Source: a virus. From it: 64,000 nucleotides of DNA. The DNA lies in the IMG/VR virus record IMGVR_UViG_3300048997_000225, positions 68,504 through 132,503 of that record; one strand, 5' to 3'. Of the stretch, positions 1 to 11,524 are shown in pieces. The notes below the pieces were generated by a model. The model was not told the origin of the DNA and did not search any database. It saw only the letters and a program-made list of their open reading frames with translations. How positions within the stretch are numbered: position 1 is the stretch's first letter; every line of letters starts with the position of its first letter. The position numbers were made by a program, and so were the translations under genes.

Positions 1-1677
1 TAATACAATCAATGAAGGCAGATCAGTAGCATCAACAATATTTACGATATTTCCAATATCATTAGGTTCGTGGACAGCAATACTGGTTAAATGTAAATTG
101 AATGCTGACTTTAATTGATTGACTAATACTTTAGCCGAACTTAGTCCGGTCGCATGCGTCAATAATAAACCGGCTACAACAACTTTTTGGCCGTCTGAAA
201 TTCCAAATGCTACTCCACTAAATACTCCATCAGTACTAAATACTGTCGGATCTGGAGACATTCGGACCCGGAATGCTCCAGATATAGTACTAAGAGTTTG
301 AATTTCTAAACCATGATAGAAAAATGGTGGTTTACTATCTACGCCCGATTGGATATGGGGATCTAATATAGTTAATTGGCTGCCACCAGCTGCTAATGAA
401 AACAATCCATCACCGGACAATTGCCAAGCATCAATAGCATTCTGAGGTAAAGTTACTGGATCGTATCGAATAGTTGTTTCAACAACTTTATCGAATAAAA
501 TCGGATAAGCTAATTTATTGGTTGGAACATTTAATAATAATGTGTTAGGATCATTGAGAACAGCAGTATAAGCTCTTTCAAGAGCTTTATATTTCCAAGC
601 TCGCTTCATAGGTTGAACAGGAGCCATATAATCTGGTCCTGGACCAGGCTGCAATAAATATGAACGGGCCCGGTATTGATGTTGAGGAAATCCAGAATGA
701 GCTCTACTACCTATTTGATTAAATACGAACTCTGGAGCATTTAAACGAAGGAATCTAGATGGCGGATTATTAATATAATCGTAACTAATGCTGACAGAAT
801 CCGATCCAGAAGGTTTTTGAGATAATACTACTGCACCTAACGCACCAAATACAGCATCAACTGCAACAGGAGATCCATTTACAATGACTTCTACATCATA
901 AGGATCATCGGCAACAATTCCAGAACGAGGATCTTTCAAAATCCAAGTTAGAGGCCCGATTAGGGCATGTGGAAATACAGCTCGAATAGCTCGAATAGGA
1001 TTTATAAGTATACGATCGACAGTATCTGCGTGTTCATGGACAAACCGATTTTGTCGATGCAGTTCAAATAATTTACGGACATCATTAGCCAATAGTATGG
1101 CACTGGCTAATTTATCAGCAGCAATAAAATGAGTTTGATATTGGATGTCTGAATTAGTGTGAACGGATAAATCAATAACATGTGCATTAAATTGCACCAT
1201 AATATCATTTAATAAGGTGATGCAACTATTTAAATCGGTAGCATCCGGAGCTGTTACGATATTAGAAGAATCACCGATAATATGAATACCTTGTAATTCG
1301 GCGTCAATAAGGATTTCGCTAGTCCTATGTAAATTATATTGTTTTTTAATGTCATTAGCGAGAATTATTGCGCTGTCGTTAGTTTTGATTTCATCGATCG
1401 TATTGAAGCTCGCAAAATCTAATTGCAATCTTTGAGATGAAATAACATTTTTAATTGGAAACGTTCCATCATTCCTTCCATTCAGACTTCCAGATATAGC
1501 AAGTAATTTACCAACGTCAGATATTGAAAAATTCCCGGAATTTATTAAAATAATATCAGACGATAAAATCGTTAGATCGTTTCCGGTCAATAACTCCAAA
1601 GGACGCTTAATAATAGGTCCTTTGTCTGTAAACAAAGTCCTGTCTACGACAGAATTTATACCAACAAAAGATACCAT
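1..1677 (-). CDS. Large tail/baseplate-associated protein with His-rich helical repeats (3' end beyond window; missing from ORF track)
   Basis: Translated by hand: ATG at 1677 with GAGGA SD overlapping the upstream stop. MVSFVGINSVVDRTLFTDKGP... stays open to base 1. Contains LANDIKKQYNLH...H...D...DATDL repeats. Confidence 0.75.
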   Translation of the reverse strand, partial: MVSFVGINSVVDRTLFTDKGPIIKRPLELLTGNDLTILSSDIILINSGNFSISDVGKLLAISGSLNGRNDGTFPIKNVISSQRLQLDFASFNTIDEIKTNDSAIILANDIKKQYNLHRTSEILIDAELQGIHIIGDSSNIVTAPDATDLNSCITLLNDIMVQFNAHVIDLSVHTNSDIQYQTHFIAADKLASAILLANDVRKLFELHRQNRFVHEHADTVDRILINPIRAIRAVFPHALIGPLTWILKDPRSGIVADDPYDVEVIVNGSPVAVDAVFGALGAVVLSQKPSGSDSVSISYDYINNPPSRFLRLNAPEFVFNQIGSRAHSGFPQHQYRARSYLLQPGPGPDYMAPVQPMKRAWKYKALERAYTAVLNDPNTLLLNVPTNKLAYPILFDKVVETTIRYDPVTLPQNAIDAWQLSGDGLFSLAAGGSQLTILDPHIQSGVDSKPPFFYHGLEIQTLSTISGAFRVRMSPDPTVFSTDGVFSGVAFGISDGQKVVVAGLLLTHATGLSSAKVLVNQLKSAFNLHLTSIAVHEPNDIGNIVNIVDATDLPSLIVL

Positions 1678-1684
1678 TCAATCC

Positions 1685-4132
1685 TCAATATAGTGAATTG
1701 CCAGCGACATCAGTTAATCCGACAATCGTGACGTTATATGTCATGATTTGCATTTTAGCGACAACAACTGATGCAGCACTGTCTGATGTCCACTTTGAAT
1801 CCTTTTGTTGGAGATCGCCCCCCGTTAACTGGATATTGGAAGAAGTTAATGGAACTTTATGCATGGACTTAGAAAAAAATATATCAACAGAATCCGGCTC
1901 TAACTTTAATTCATTATTTTCAAACACTACTCCTGATTTAGGAACAGCAGATGCTAAAGACGGGCGTATGGCAATGCCAGTCATATTAATATTTACAGGA
2001 ACATTAGATATTGTATCGTGTTTTATTACTGGAAATTGTAAGCCATTCCATTCATAATGGCTCCTTAAATTCCCTACAATATTATATTGTGTTCCATCTT
2101 TAACATCTGCTAAATTGGATTGATACCGGTTAAATAATGGAGCAGATATGATTTTTGGCGTTGCAACAGAATGAGGCCCGACACGCTGCGTATGAGCACT
2201 CAATACTCTTTGGATATCAGATACTAAAGCTATAAAGCTTACCATATCAGTTGCTATTGGATATCTAATTAAATCCATATCGGCAAAATAATGGAACAAA
2301 CTATTAGACATATGATTAATAATTTTAGCGCGAATACTATTAATCGAATCTAATATTCCAGAAAGCGGTAATACCGCATAATCTGTCGGAATTACTGTGT
2401 TAACATAATCAGGTTGTTGGTGTCCAGTAAACACAATATGACGATTGAAAGCCTCTACAGCGTTATTATATGCCCACAACACAAATGGAAAACTAGAACT
2501 TAATGAATGTTGAGATGATAATTCAATATTAGTAGGCCCAATATATTTAATTGATACATCAGATATCAAAATCAGTTCTTTATCAAAATCTAAATTTACC
2601 GATCCTGACGGATTAGTTAAAATCGAAGTTAATAGAGCTCGAGTAGATGCAGATCGAGCGATAATAGACCCTGTAAAATCTGATGGATTGGTAGAACTAC
2701 CAGAATCTTCACTTTGTAAATTAGCAGTGATGTGGATATCTGGAATATCCACATCCAATATTACATGTAGATCAGCAAAATATGTGAATGGACCAGATAC
2801 ATCGAATGCAGAATCAGGGATGATTTCTGATGCATAAGAAGTTATAGGTCCGAGTGGAGCCCCATATTCATTAGAAAATTCTAATGAATATTCAGGTAGC
2901 AAATGAGAATTTAAAGCCGGCTTTAAATTCTCATTTGCTACCTGAATAGCTAAGATCAAACTTTGAGGACCGGACGTCGGAATACTAACCACATTAAATT
3001 TATTTATTGTATCATTATATAAATGAATTCCAAAAGCTGCTAAATGCGTCAAATATTTGATTTGTAATTCAGTCAATAGATCAATAGCAGTCAATAGATC
3101 ACCAGCATCAGGCGATAAAATCTTAGATTTCACGTCATATTTATTATGAACTTGTTCAAGGACTAGATGTGCATTAAATGTAGCTTTGATATCATTGACC
3201 AATGATATCAAAGATGCTTCATCATTAGCATCCGGGAATGTAACGTAATTGATTATGTCCGATCGAGGATGAGCTCCTAAAGCCGCTATTGTCCAGTTCA
3301 ATTCATTGACACTATCTAAGACTGGACAATTAAAATAAACTCGGATAGTAGAAGTTCGTAGATAATCACTACTGACATCTGTTACATAAGCATCAATAAG
3401 TTGCAATTGAGTGAGATTTGAATATGAATACGGCGTAGAAGAACGTAATTTTAAAGTGAGCGGGATAGACTCTGAAGAAGAATTTAAAGAAACATCTATC
3501 ACATCAGTAAAATCAATAATATAGGCTTCAGCTATTGGCATCCCGGTCGGTAACTGAATGCGTAAGATAGTATCTAAAATATCTTCTGGACCCCATGAAG
3601 CTTGAATCATGGGTACGCCAGGACCACCAACGCTATCACGAATCTCAAAAATCGCAGCTCCAGAATTTTGACCAACAGCTTTATCAAATAATATGTCAAT
3701 AAAACCGCGTTTAGATAAGAACGCTCCAATAGCCCGTGGAGGATCCAACACATTGGCAGTAAAATTGCGAGCTGCATTGATAACGGTGTCGCCAGTTTCT
3801 AATACAACGTCAGTTATAGATAAAGAATAATCTTTTCCTGAAGTTAAAGTATTGAAAAATCGAATTAATACAGAATCATGTTTTTCATCATAAAATTCGA
3901 TAAATTCCATTGCAGGAACAACAGTATCTGATGGATTGATAGCAATCAATCCGTAATCCGCTAATAACAAAGCACTGCTAGTAACTCGGATTCCAAAGAA
4001 AACGCGAATTGTCCGAGACGTTAATTGATGTACAAAACAGTTAATTCCTACGGGGAATCCATCGACTTCAGCTAATACTATTTGGCCATATAAACTATTG
4101 GCCGTTCCAAATCTTCCAGTAAATACTGTCAT
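1685..4132 (-). CDS. Tail/baseplate structural protein, Ig-like (Big) segments plus His-rich repeats
   Basis: 815 aa, GAGGA SD. C-terminal 'IFFSKSM...YNVTIVGLTDVAGN' resembles a bacterial Ig-like domain. Two blocks of NxHxxxxxxHxxxD repeats. Confidence 0.6.
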   Translation of the reverse strand: MTVFTGRFGTANSLYGQIVLAEVDGFPVGINCFVHQLTSRTIRVFFGIRVTSSALLLADYGLIAINPSDTVVPAMEFIEFYDEKHDSVLIRFFNTLTSGKDYSLSITDVVLETGDTVINAARNFTANVLDPPRAIGAFLSKRGFIDILFDKAVGQNSGAAIFEIRDSVGGPGVPMIQASWGPEDILDTILRIQLPTGMPIAEAYIIDFTDVIDVSLNSSSESIPLTLKLRSSTPYSYSNLTQLQLIDAYVTDVSSDYLRTSTIRVYFNCPVLDSVNELNWTIAALGAHPRSDIINYVTFPDANDEASLISLVNDIKATFNAHLVLEQVHNKYDVKSKILSPDAGDLLTAIDLLTELQIKYLTHLAAFGIHLYNDTINKFNVVSIPTSGPQSLILAIQVANENLKPALNSHLLPEYSLEFSNEYGAPLGPITSYASEIIPDSAFDVSGPFTYFADLHVILDVDIPDIHITANLQSEDSGSSTNPSDFTGSIIARSASTRALLTSILTNPSGSVNLDFDKELILISDVSIKYIGPTNIELSSQHSLSSSFPFVLWAYNNAVEAFNRHIVFTGHQQPDYVNTVIPTDYAVLPLSGILDSINSIRAKIINHMSNSLFHYFADMDLIRYPIATDMVSFIALVSDIQRVLSAHTQRVGPHSVATPKIISAPLFNRYQSNLADVKDGTQYNIVGNLRSHYEWNGLQFPVIKHDTISNVPVNINMTGIAIRPSLASAVPKSGVVFENNELKLEPDSVDIFFSKSMHKVPLTSSNIQLTGGDLQQKDSKWTSDSAASVVVAKMQIMTYNVTIVGLTDVAGNSLY

Positions 4133-4201
4133 TTTCCTCTATTAACTATATCAATGCAGATTTAATTACATCATCAATCTGACATCATAAGTTATAGGAA
4201 A

Positions 4202-7120
4202 TTAGAATATTATATATCCAGTACCAATGCTTTTATACTTGCGTGCAGCTCGAGCTGCAGTAATAACTTCGGTAGTAGCATTATCTATCAAAGAAGAATC
4301 GACAGTAGCAACTGTGACTGCATTAACTGAACTGCTGACATTCTTTATACCAACTTCTAAATTAATATTACCGCTAGCAACTGGCAATAAAATACTGAAT
4401 GTGGCTATACTTGGATTATAAAGGACTACTTCTCCAAATTGTGCACTATAAGTGGCTGTTTTAATGACCGGATTAATATTCAGAGGAGGACCAACCGGAC
4501 CGGTTGGTCCTCGAGGTCCGGTTGGTCCGGTAGCGCCAGTTGAACCAACCGGACCGGTTGAACCTTTCGGACCAGTAAGACCGATTACGCCGGGAGATCC
4601 CTGTTGACCTTGAGGTCCAGTAGGACCGGTAGCGCCAGTTGAACCGATAGGACCGGTTGGTCCTCCAAACGGACCGGTAGCACCTTGCGGACCAATAGGG
4701 CCGGTTGGCCCAGTGACACCCTGTGGGCCTGTTGGCCCAGTGGCGCCAGTCAGACCTTGAACACCCGTAATTCCTTGAGGTCCAGTGACGCCGGGGGATC
4801 CTTGAGGTCCAGTGATACCATCAAATACCGACCCAAGAGTCCTGTTGAATTCATCTAAAATTGCAGATGGCGGAAGTAAAGTCGGAACGATTTTGACCGA
4901 CGCAATAATAGACCCTCTTGGGATAACACTAGTTACTGACGGATCTGAACCAATTCGGAAAATTCCTGCTTGACCATTATCAGGACCAGTAGCAAATCCT
5001 GTCGCAGCACATCGGCCATTGAAATAATAACTTAGATCTGTTCCTGACGGATTCCTAGTAAATGCAAAATGGAACGGTTCATTAAGAGGAGCTTTGATGC
5101 CTGTTGCGGACTGCGTTATATCTATACCTGATGCAGTTTCAGCCGAATAACGTGGATATAAAGTATTACTATCAAAATCTAAATTATAAAGAATATTTTG
5201 AAACGGTGATTCAGAATTCCCACCACCATAACTAATTAATCGATAAGTACCAGTGACTGCACCGGGAGTATTTGTATTGGGAAGATTGACAATCATTTCA
5301 ATTGTCAATGCACCGGTAGCTTGTAATTGCGGATCAACTATTGATCGATATAGATGTTCTCCACCGTCAAATGCAAATCCACGTATCCCTACGCCAATTT
5401 CCGAATAATTAGGAATACCACCCGTAACGCCTAAATTCAGATTATTAGCAGTAGTATCATTTAAATTACCATCCAATTGCCATAAAGCCGCCGGATTATA
5501 ATTTAAATCATGTTGTCGGAATTTATATACTCCGACAGGACCCGCTGTACCTACAGGACCTTGGACTCCCGTAGATCCCTTCGGACCAGTGGCACCTGTA
5601 GCGCCGTTAGGACCTGTGTTCCCAATAGGACCGGTTGAACCCTTTGGACCGGTAGATCCTGTAACACCAGGACTTCCCTGTACGCCTTGAGCTCCAGTTG
5701 AACCGGTAACTCCAGCTGGCCCACCAAACGGGCCAGTAGCGCCTTGCGGGCCAGTATTACCTGTTACGCCCGGTGATCCTTGGATGCCTTGCGGGCCAGT
5801 TGGGCCAGTAGGACCGATTTGACCGACTGGCCCTGTCGGACCGGTCGCTCCTGTAATTCCTCTAAGACCAGTCGGGCCTTGAGGTCCAGTAGGACCCGTC
5901 GAGCCTTGAGGTCCAGTAGGACCCGTCGAGCCTGTTAATCCTTGAGCTCCAGTAGGGCCTTGCGGACCGGTAGATCCTGTTAATCCGACGGGGCCTGTAG
6001 GTCCCTGAGATCCTTGGAGCCCTTGAACCCCGGTAAGCCCTTGAACCCCGGTCGATCCTTTTGGACCGGTCGAGCCGGTGACGCCCGGATTTCCTTGTGG
6101 ACCAGTAGCTCCTGTAGACCCTGGAGGACCACCAAATGGGCCCGTGGCGCCTTGTGGACCTGTGTTCCCTGTGACTCCTGGGCTTCCTTGCGCGCCTTTG
6201 GGTCCAGTTGGCCCAGTAACGCCAGGGCTTCCTTGCGCGCCTGTAAATCCAGTTGATCCACGAGGTCCGGTAGGACCGGTGGCACCTTGAGGACCGGTGG
6301 CACCAGTAGTTCCTTGAACTCCCGTGGCGCCTTGCGGGCCAGTATTGCCAGTGACGCCCGGAGATCCAAGATTACCTGGAATACCTTGAATACCAGGAGG
6401 ACCTATTAATCCAGTAACTCCAGGTACGCCAGGGCTTCCTTGTAGACCAGTTGAACCTTTAGGTCCAGTAGACCCAATTATTCCTGGGCTTCCTTGTAAT
6501 CCTTGTGGACCGGTTGAGCCAGTAGCTCCAGTAGCTCCAGGCGGGCCTCCAAACGGGCCAGTAGCGCCTTGTGGACCGGTCGAACCGGTGACGCCTGGAG
6601 ATCCAAGATTGCCTTGCGGGCCCGTAGCGCCTTGCGGGCCCGTAGCGCCAGTAGTTCCGAAAGGACCGGTAGGTCCTTGTACACCTTGAAGACCCATAGG
6701 GCCAGTGAAACCAACGTCTCCTTGAGGCCCAGTAACTCCATCAACTCCATCGTTGCCTGCAGTCCCTTGTGGACCTTGTGGACCATCCAATCCAGGTGAT
6801 CCTTGGATTCCTTGCGGACCGGTTAAACCTAATAAATTGAATGCAAATTGTGATAATGCACCAGCCGTCAAAACATGCGTGACAGTAGTCCCGAATGCAT
6901 GTGTAGCAGCTGTTGTATTTTCAACCCCACGAATTACTGTAAATGTTGTGCCAGAGACTCCAATCACAAGCAGGAGTTCGTTATCAATTCGAATCCGGAA
7001 TTGAGGAGAACTAGGAAATAAAGCAGCACTCGCAATATTAAGAGTAATAGCAACAGGCGAAATCCCGCCTGGAGTGGATAGTGTAGTCTGAGCTAAGTTA
7101 GAGAATCTCTCTATCGCCAT
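4202..7120 (-). CDS. Collagen-like tail fibre with internal LamG/ConA-like domain
   Basis: Long Gly-X-Y tracts. N-terminal 'RIRIDNELL...[16 protein letters not shown]' fibre-anchor-like domain. Central '[10 protein letters not shown]...FDG...TIEM...FHFAFTR...YFNG' LamG-like domain. Confidence 0.85.
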   Translation of the reverse strand: MAIERFSNLAQTTLSTPGGISPVAITLNIASAALFPSSPQFRIRIDNELLLVIGVSGTTFTVIRGVENTTAATHAFGTTVTHVLTAGALSQFAFNLLGLTGPQGIQGSPGLDGPQGPQGTAGNDGVDGVTGPQGDVGFTGPMGLQGVQGPTGPFGTTGATGPQGATGPQGNLGSPGVTGSTGPQGATGPFGGPPGATGATGSTGPQGLQGSPGIIGSTGPKGSTGLQGSPGVPGVTGLIGPPGIQGIPGNLGSPGVTGNTGPQGATGVQGTTGATGPQGATGPTGPRGSTGFTGAQGSPGVTGPTGPKGAQGSPGVTGNTGPQGATGPFGGPPGSTGATGPQGNPGVTGSTGPKGSTGVQGLTGVQGLQGSQGPTGPVGLTGSTGPQGPTGAQGLTGSTGPTGPQGSTGPTGPQGPTGLRGITGATGPTGPVGQIGPTGPTGPQGIQGSPGVTGNTGPQGATGPFGGPAGVTGSTGAQGVQGSPGVTGSTGPKGSTGPIGNTGPNGATGATGPKGSTGVQGPVGTAGPVGVYKFRQHDLNYNPAALWQLDGNLNDTTANNLNLGVTGGIPNYSEIGVGIRGFAFDGGEHLYRSIVDPQLQATGALTIEMIVNLPNTNTPGAVTGTYRLISYGGGNSESPFQNILYNLDFDSNTLYPRYSAETASGIDITQSATGIKAPLNEPFHFAFTRNPSGTDLSYYFNGRCAATGFATGPDNGQAGIFRIGSDPSVTSVIPRGSIIASVKIVPTLLPPSAILDEFNRTLGSVFDGITGPQGSPGVTGPQGITGVQGLTGATGPTGPQGVTGPTGPIGPQGATGPFGGPTGPIGSTGATGPTGPQGQQGSPGVIGLTGPKGSTGPVGSTGATGPTGPRGPTGPVGPPLNINPVIKTATYSAQFGEVVLYNPSIATFSILLPVASGNINLEVGIKNVSSSVNAVTVATVDSSLIDNATTEVITAARAARKYKSIGTGYIIF

Positions 7121-7184
7121 CTAACCAGTGCCTCATTACCTATAATCGGTTGCTAATCGGATTGGCAATCAGACGGCTAACGTT

Positions 7185-8006
7185 CTAGAAAGAACGCGAG
7201 TGATCTTCATTGATTATTTGAATCGGTTTCTTAAATCCTAATTCATCAACACCATAAATACCTTCAATGAATCTTCTGAAGTCTTCATATCCATAGTTAG
7301 ATAATATAGATTGGAAGGAATCTATCATTTTAGATTGATTTGGATTATCCGGGTCAGGACTCTTTTGACCAGGCCAGTCATCTTGCAAAATAAATCCTAG
7401 ACGATATAAAGTGTGAGCCGGCCTAATAATATTCAATAAAATCCTGACATTCCTGTCAGCCAAAAACACATCAGTAGATCCAGGCGAATCTAATATTATA
7501 TCAATAATGAATGCAAATTGATCAGAAATATCAAATCCAGATCCAGGTTGACGAGCTTCTAGAAATGCTTCGGTTACACGGATTTTCCCGTTTACAAATA
7601 AAGCTACAGCTTTACTCATTGAATCCGGAATACTGCCTTGGAAATATATATCCAGGACTTTTAACAGGAAATCTTTAAAATCCAAATCTGAAAAGTTTGG
7701 ATTGGGAGCTCCAGGGTCTTTTTTGGGAAATAATACAGAAGTTACGATTTGATAAAGAAAGTCCGAGCGAGTTTTAGAATATTGAGTATCAGTCCTGATA
7801 TCTTCAAGCCCTAATTTTAATCGTGCGAGTTCTAAAGATATTGCTTTAATTTCTCGTACATAGTTAGGACCATCAATAGAACTGGTCCAATATGATGATA
7901 ATAAATTGAGGAAAATCTTTAAAATCCGATTGGCTTCGTCAATGAGCCGGTTCCGATATTGCTCACCTTCTTCGAAGTTATCAAATGAAACTCGGACTAT
8001 TGCCAA
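7185..8006 (-). CDS. Baseplate wedge protein (P2 gpI / T4 gp7-like)
   Basis: Directly follows baseplate J. 'LLNIIRPAHT' motif is typical of gpI-like wedge proteins. Confidence 0.6.
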   Translation of the reverse strand: MAIVRVSFDNFEEGEQYRNRLIDEANRILKIFLNLLSSYWTSSIDGPNYVREIKAISLELARLKLGLEDIRTDTQYSKTRSDFLYQIVTSVLFPKKDPGAPNPNFSDLDFKDFLLKVLDIYFQGSIPDSMSKAVALFVNGKIRVTEAFLEARQPGSGFDISDQFAFIIDIILDSPGSTDVFLADRNVRILLNIIRPAHTLYRLGFILQDDWPGQKSPDPDNPNQSKMIDSFQSILSNYGYEDFRRFIEGIYGVDELGFKKPIQIINEDHSRSF

Positions 8007-8016
8007 TTGATCCTCA

Positions 8017-11000
8017 TTATGAACGATATGTTAAAGTGAGACTACCTGGGGTCAAATACTCGATCTGAGAAGTCTCGATATCTTTTACTCCTCTATCGCC
8101 TTGAACTACATAAGAAGCTGCAAATGCGTGATTAGTCGGAACATCAGCGGGATTTAATCCACCATTCAATGACACTATAATTCTATTAGCGGTTCTTCGG
8201 ATTCGTTCCGCTGCTATAGCAGATTGTATAAAAACTATAGGCAACAGAGTTGCATCATCAGAATAACCAGGAATGACAGCTCCTAGTCTTCCAATTATCC
8301 ATGCCCTATTCATCCCATTACTGACATCTTCTAACGATGTGGCTAAATCAATAATGAGCTCGTCCATGAACACGCCATGATGGATATTAGAAGTTCCTCC
8401 TCCATCGATAGTATCGAATGGCAACGCTTGGCGTAATAAATATACAGCATTAGCAAATTTATTTAGTGTTGGAACGGGAATATAATCGGATGGAATAATA
8501 TCGCGAATGCGTTGCGCTCCATCAGCTAATGTAAATCGAGTAAATGGCTGGACTACGTAGTCTACTCCTGCAGAATTATCGATTTTAGATACCATATCTG
8601 ATTGTCGCACGGATCCACCAACGCCACGTGAATCTGTAAGAATGGTCACATTGGTTCGAATATCAGTGTCTGTTGCCGATTGATCGGGATTGGATGATAA
8701 TTGAACCGTAGCTTCAGTGCTGAGCGGGTTTTCTAGTGCTTGTTTACACAGCACATCAGCAGTTGCGTGTCTTTGTTTCAGAACTTTTTTCTGTAATGAT
8801 TGCAATACATCATTTATCACATAAGTGACAGTAAAATTTTCATCATGTTCATAATCGACTGATATTGTTTGTCCACTAGTTATATTAGAATTGGACGTCC
8901 GAATTAAACTGATTGGTTTGGTCTTATTGCCTTGAATTATTAAATAATCCGGATCTATTTGATTAGGACCTTTAAATTCAAGAGATCTATCTTGACTAAA
9001 AACGCGAACAGTAAAAGTATTTATCCCAACTGAATTCAATAATTCTTCAAATTCACCGATCATAACATGATTCTCATCATTTATAATCAGTGAATTTCCG
9101 GCAGGAATACCATTCACCTGATTGATCTCAACATAATCTTGAGCAATTGTGCTCTCACCATTCAATAATGGGTCTTCCAATTTGAATAAAGTAAATCCAT
9201 CATCAGCATCAAGAGGACCGGAGACTTCTCCGATAACTGAAGTGATTCGACGAATCGGCTGGAAACTGGCTATAAATCGGTTGTTACTTCTGAATCGATA
9301 ATCACCTTCAATAAAATCATCTAAATTAGTGATAGATTGTGGTATTGAAGTATTGAGTCGAATGGTTCGAAAATCGACAATCTCTACACCAGTCAAATCG
9401 TAAGAAGTGGTTGGAAGATTGGAATGATTCCGGAGTCCCAAACCTTGAGATGGATTGAAAAGCATTCCATTTATGGGATTCGATTCAGACAGTCTTGAAT
9501 CTCGAGCTCGGAATGTAAGATTCACTGGATTTATGACATCAAATCTAATATTTTTAGCAATGGAAAATTGGAATGCAAAGCTTTCAGTAATAGTCCTTTC
9601 AATGACTCCTTTAATCCAGATATCAACTTTCCCGCCGATATGCTTCATACGTACAGAATCATAATCTCGCATCATTGATGGATCACCAGATAAGACAATC
9701 CTGACTTCTATCAGTCCAGGCGTGCCAATAGCCGTCAGATAATATCCACCTTCAGTACCAGTATCTAATGCAGATAACTTACGACTTGAAACAACTGATA
9801 ATTCAAGATTACTTTGCCTATCACGTCCAAAATCTGCTGCAAATTCGTTAATGGTCTGCAAACCGTCAGCACCACTCACCACAGTATTCATGGTATTTGC
9901 TGGAACATTGCCTATAGCGCCAGGAGTTTCAGCAATCATTTGTACTCGGATCTCATAGCGCCGAGTGGTTGGGTTATAGAAAGCTCGAGCGTTATCAGCA
10001 GTTATTATGACTGACCCATTAGTCTTGAATCGCGGCGCTGTAGGATTATTAGAAGAAGATATTATGGCACCTTGAATAACTACTAAATCACGAGTAGGGA
10101 GTGACGTCGTATAAAATGTTTGAAGTACTTGAGCAGGACGACGCCCGAGCCTTGGCGTCGTGAAATTTGCTGCTAATGAATCGAATGCTCCATCAATGAG
10201 TGATTGAACAGCTGCGTCACTGCTTAAACTCAATGCAGAACGTAAATTTTGTTTATAAGTTGAATTGGCTACTGATATACTAGTCCCTGTGAATCCCGGA
10301 TCGTCAATTTGCAAGAGTGCAGAAAATGATTTTGCGCGATGAACAAAATCCATGAGGAAATACATTTTCTGCGCTTCGTTCGCGAAAGGTTCAATATGAA
10401 CTTCGCGAACGGTAGATGCTGGAATCAAAGCTAACGTTGGTTGAGCTTGGTTGACCTCTTGAATATAATCTTGAGCTATTTTGTTTTGTTCGCGGATCCG
10501 GATACCACGTACTGTCGTATCGAGTGATAACGGAGCTCCGCCAATTTCGTTGGAAAAACGACTTTCTTGGAGTTGGCCGGTTAATTTATCAAAATAAACT
10601 GCAGTTATTACATAGAATAAAGGATCTTCAGGAGAGATTACCGAAAATGAATCACTATTGAGTATGCCATTAGTTATTCCGTCATTTCTATTATGGATGA
10701 ATTCAAAAAAAGCGGTTTGCCGAATAGCCTTTAAGCTAAATTGGACCTTATATTTGGGATCAGCTCCTAAAGTCAATCGATTTATTGAGGCCGTACCGAA
10801 ATCTGCATTATTGAAAGCGTCTTTTAAATCAGCTTTCAAAATTAAATCAGCTACTATTACGTCGGATACATCTGCTGCACCACCAAATGATCCAATAGTG
10901 CCAGGATTATCAAACACATAATTCCCATCAGCAACGTCAAATTCTTCTTCAACGATTTTGGTCGGAGAAGTAGATGGGATAACGTCTTTATTTAATCTCA

Positions 11001-11484
11001 GATATCCAGAACTGGACCCTCCAGCTCCACTAGATGCATAAATATTATATCCCGATATGTTAGCATTAATATCATCTGACCATTCCAACTGGATGGTCTG
11101 AGCATTGCGTTGAAGTAATACTCCAGTCGGAGGAGCTAATATTGAATTCAAATCAGTGTCGGCTATAACAGTTACCGTTATTATTGATATCGGACTGAAA
11201 TCTCCTGAAATATCAATAGCCCGGAGTCGGATAGTATTTAAACCTCGCTCCAGCTCCAACCCCTGTGGGAACACTAATGAATTAGGAATACTAAATTTCG
11301 GAAGATCCAACTCTATTAATGATGGATCCGATATAAATCCGGCTCCATTAATATCTATTTGAATATCAATGATATTGGAATCTACTATCCCAGTGAATAA
11401 TAAATTCACTTGATTGGTGGAAACGGTCAGAGATGTCGTAACCCCTGATCCATCAGGAAAATTGAGTTTCGGGGCGTTTGCCAT
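8017..11484 (-). CDS. Baseplate J-like wedge protein (T4 gp6 / P2 gpJ family) with N-terminal FN3-like domain
   Basis: 1155 aa. 'AETPGAIGNVPANT...GRDRQSN...GTEGGY...GGKVDIWIKG' matches the Baseplate_J pattern. 'PPTGV...LEWS...GYNIY' is FN3-like. Confidence 0.8.
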   Translation of the reverse strand: MANAPKLNFPDGSGVTTSLTVSTNQVNLLFTGIVDSNIIDIQIDINGAGFISDPSLIELDLPKFSIPNSLVFPQGLELERGLNTIRLRAIDISGDFSPISIITVTVIADTDLNSILAPPTGVLLQRNAQTIQLEWSDDINANISGYNIYASSGAGGSSSGYLRLNKDVIPSTSPTKIVEEEFDVADGNYVFDNPGTIGSFGGAADVSDVIVADLILKADLKDAFNNADFGTASINRLTLGADPKYKVQFSLKAIRQTAFFEFIHNRNDGITNGILNSDSFSVISPEDPLFYVITAVYFDKLTGQLQESRFSNEIGGAPLSLDTTVRGIRIREQNKIAQDYIQEVNQAQPTLALIPASTVREVHIEPFANEAQKMYFLMDFVHRAKSFSALLQIDDPGFTGTSISVANSTYKQNLRSALSLSSDAAVQSLIDGAFDSLAANFTTPRLGRRPAQVLQTFYTTSLPTRDLVVIQGAIISSSNNPTAPRFKTNGSVIITADNARAFYNPTTRRYEIRVQMIAETPGAIGNVPANTMNTVVSGADGLQTINEFAADFGRDRQSNLELSVVSSRKLSALDTGTEGGYYLTAIGTPGLIEVRIVLSGDPSMMRDYDSVRMKHIGGKVDIWIKGVIERTITESFAFQFSIAKNIRFDVINPVNLTFRARDSRLSESNPINGMLFNPSQGLGLRNHSNLPTTSYDLTGVEIVDFRTIRLNTSIPQSITNLDDFIEGDYRFRSNNRFIASFQPIRRITSVIGEVSGPLDADDGFTLFKLEDPLLNGESTIAQDYVEINQVNGIPAGNSLIINDENHVMIGEFEELLNSVGINTFTVRVFSQDRSLEFKGPNQIDPDYLIIQGNKTKPISLIRTSNSNITSGQTISVDYEHDENFTVTYVINDVLQSLQKKVLKQRHATADVLCKQALENPLSTEATVQLSSNPDQSATDTDIRTNVTILTDSRGVGGSVRQSDMVSKIDNSAGVDYVVQPFTRFTLADGAQRIRDIIPSDYIPVPTLNKFANAVYLLRQALPFDTIDGGGTSNIHHGVFMDELIIDLATSLEDVSNGMNRAWIIGRLGAVIPGYSDDATLLPIVFIQSAIAAERIRRTANRIIVSLNGGLNPADVPTNHAFAASYVVQGDRGVKDIETSQIEYLTPGSLTLTYRS

Positions 11485-11524
11485 ACCTGCCCCACCATAC
11501 TCAATAAAGCCTTGGAATAAATTA

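Noticed and set aside
4480-6830. CRISPR array or DGR-like repeats in the GC-rich repetitive tract
   Set aside because: The repeats are 9-nt-periodic collagen codons with no constant repeat and unique spacers; no reverse transcriptase or cas gene is present.
5980-7004. Alternative-frame and antisense ORFs over collagen genes (also 46000-46373 and 55035-55443)
   Set aside because: Shadow ORFs caused by stop-poor Gly-Pro codon repeats.
7148-7168. Short imperfect inverted repeat as a terminator
   Set aside because: Weak stem, minimal loop and no U-tract.
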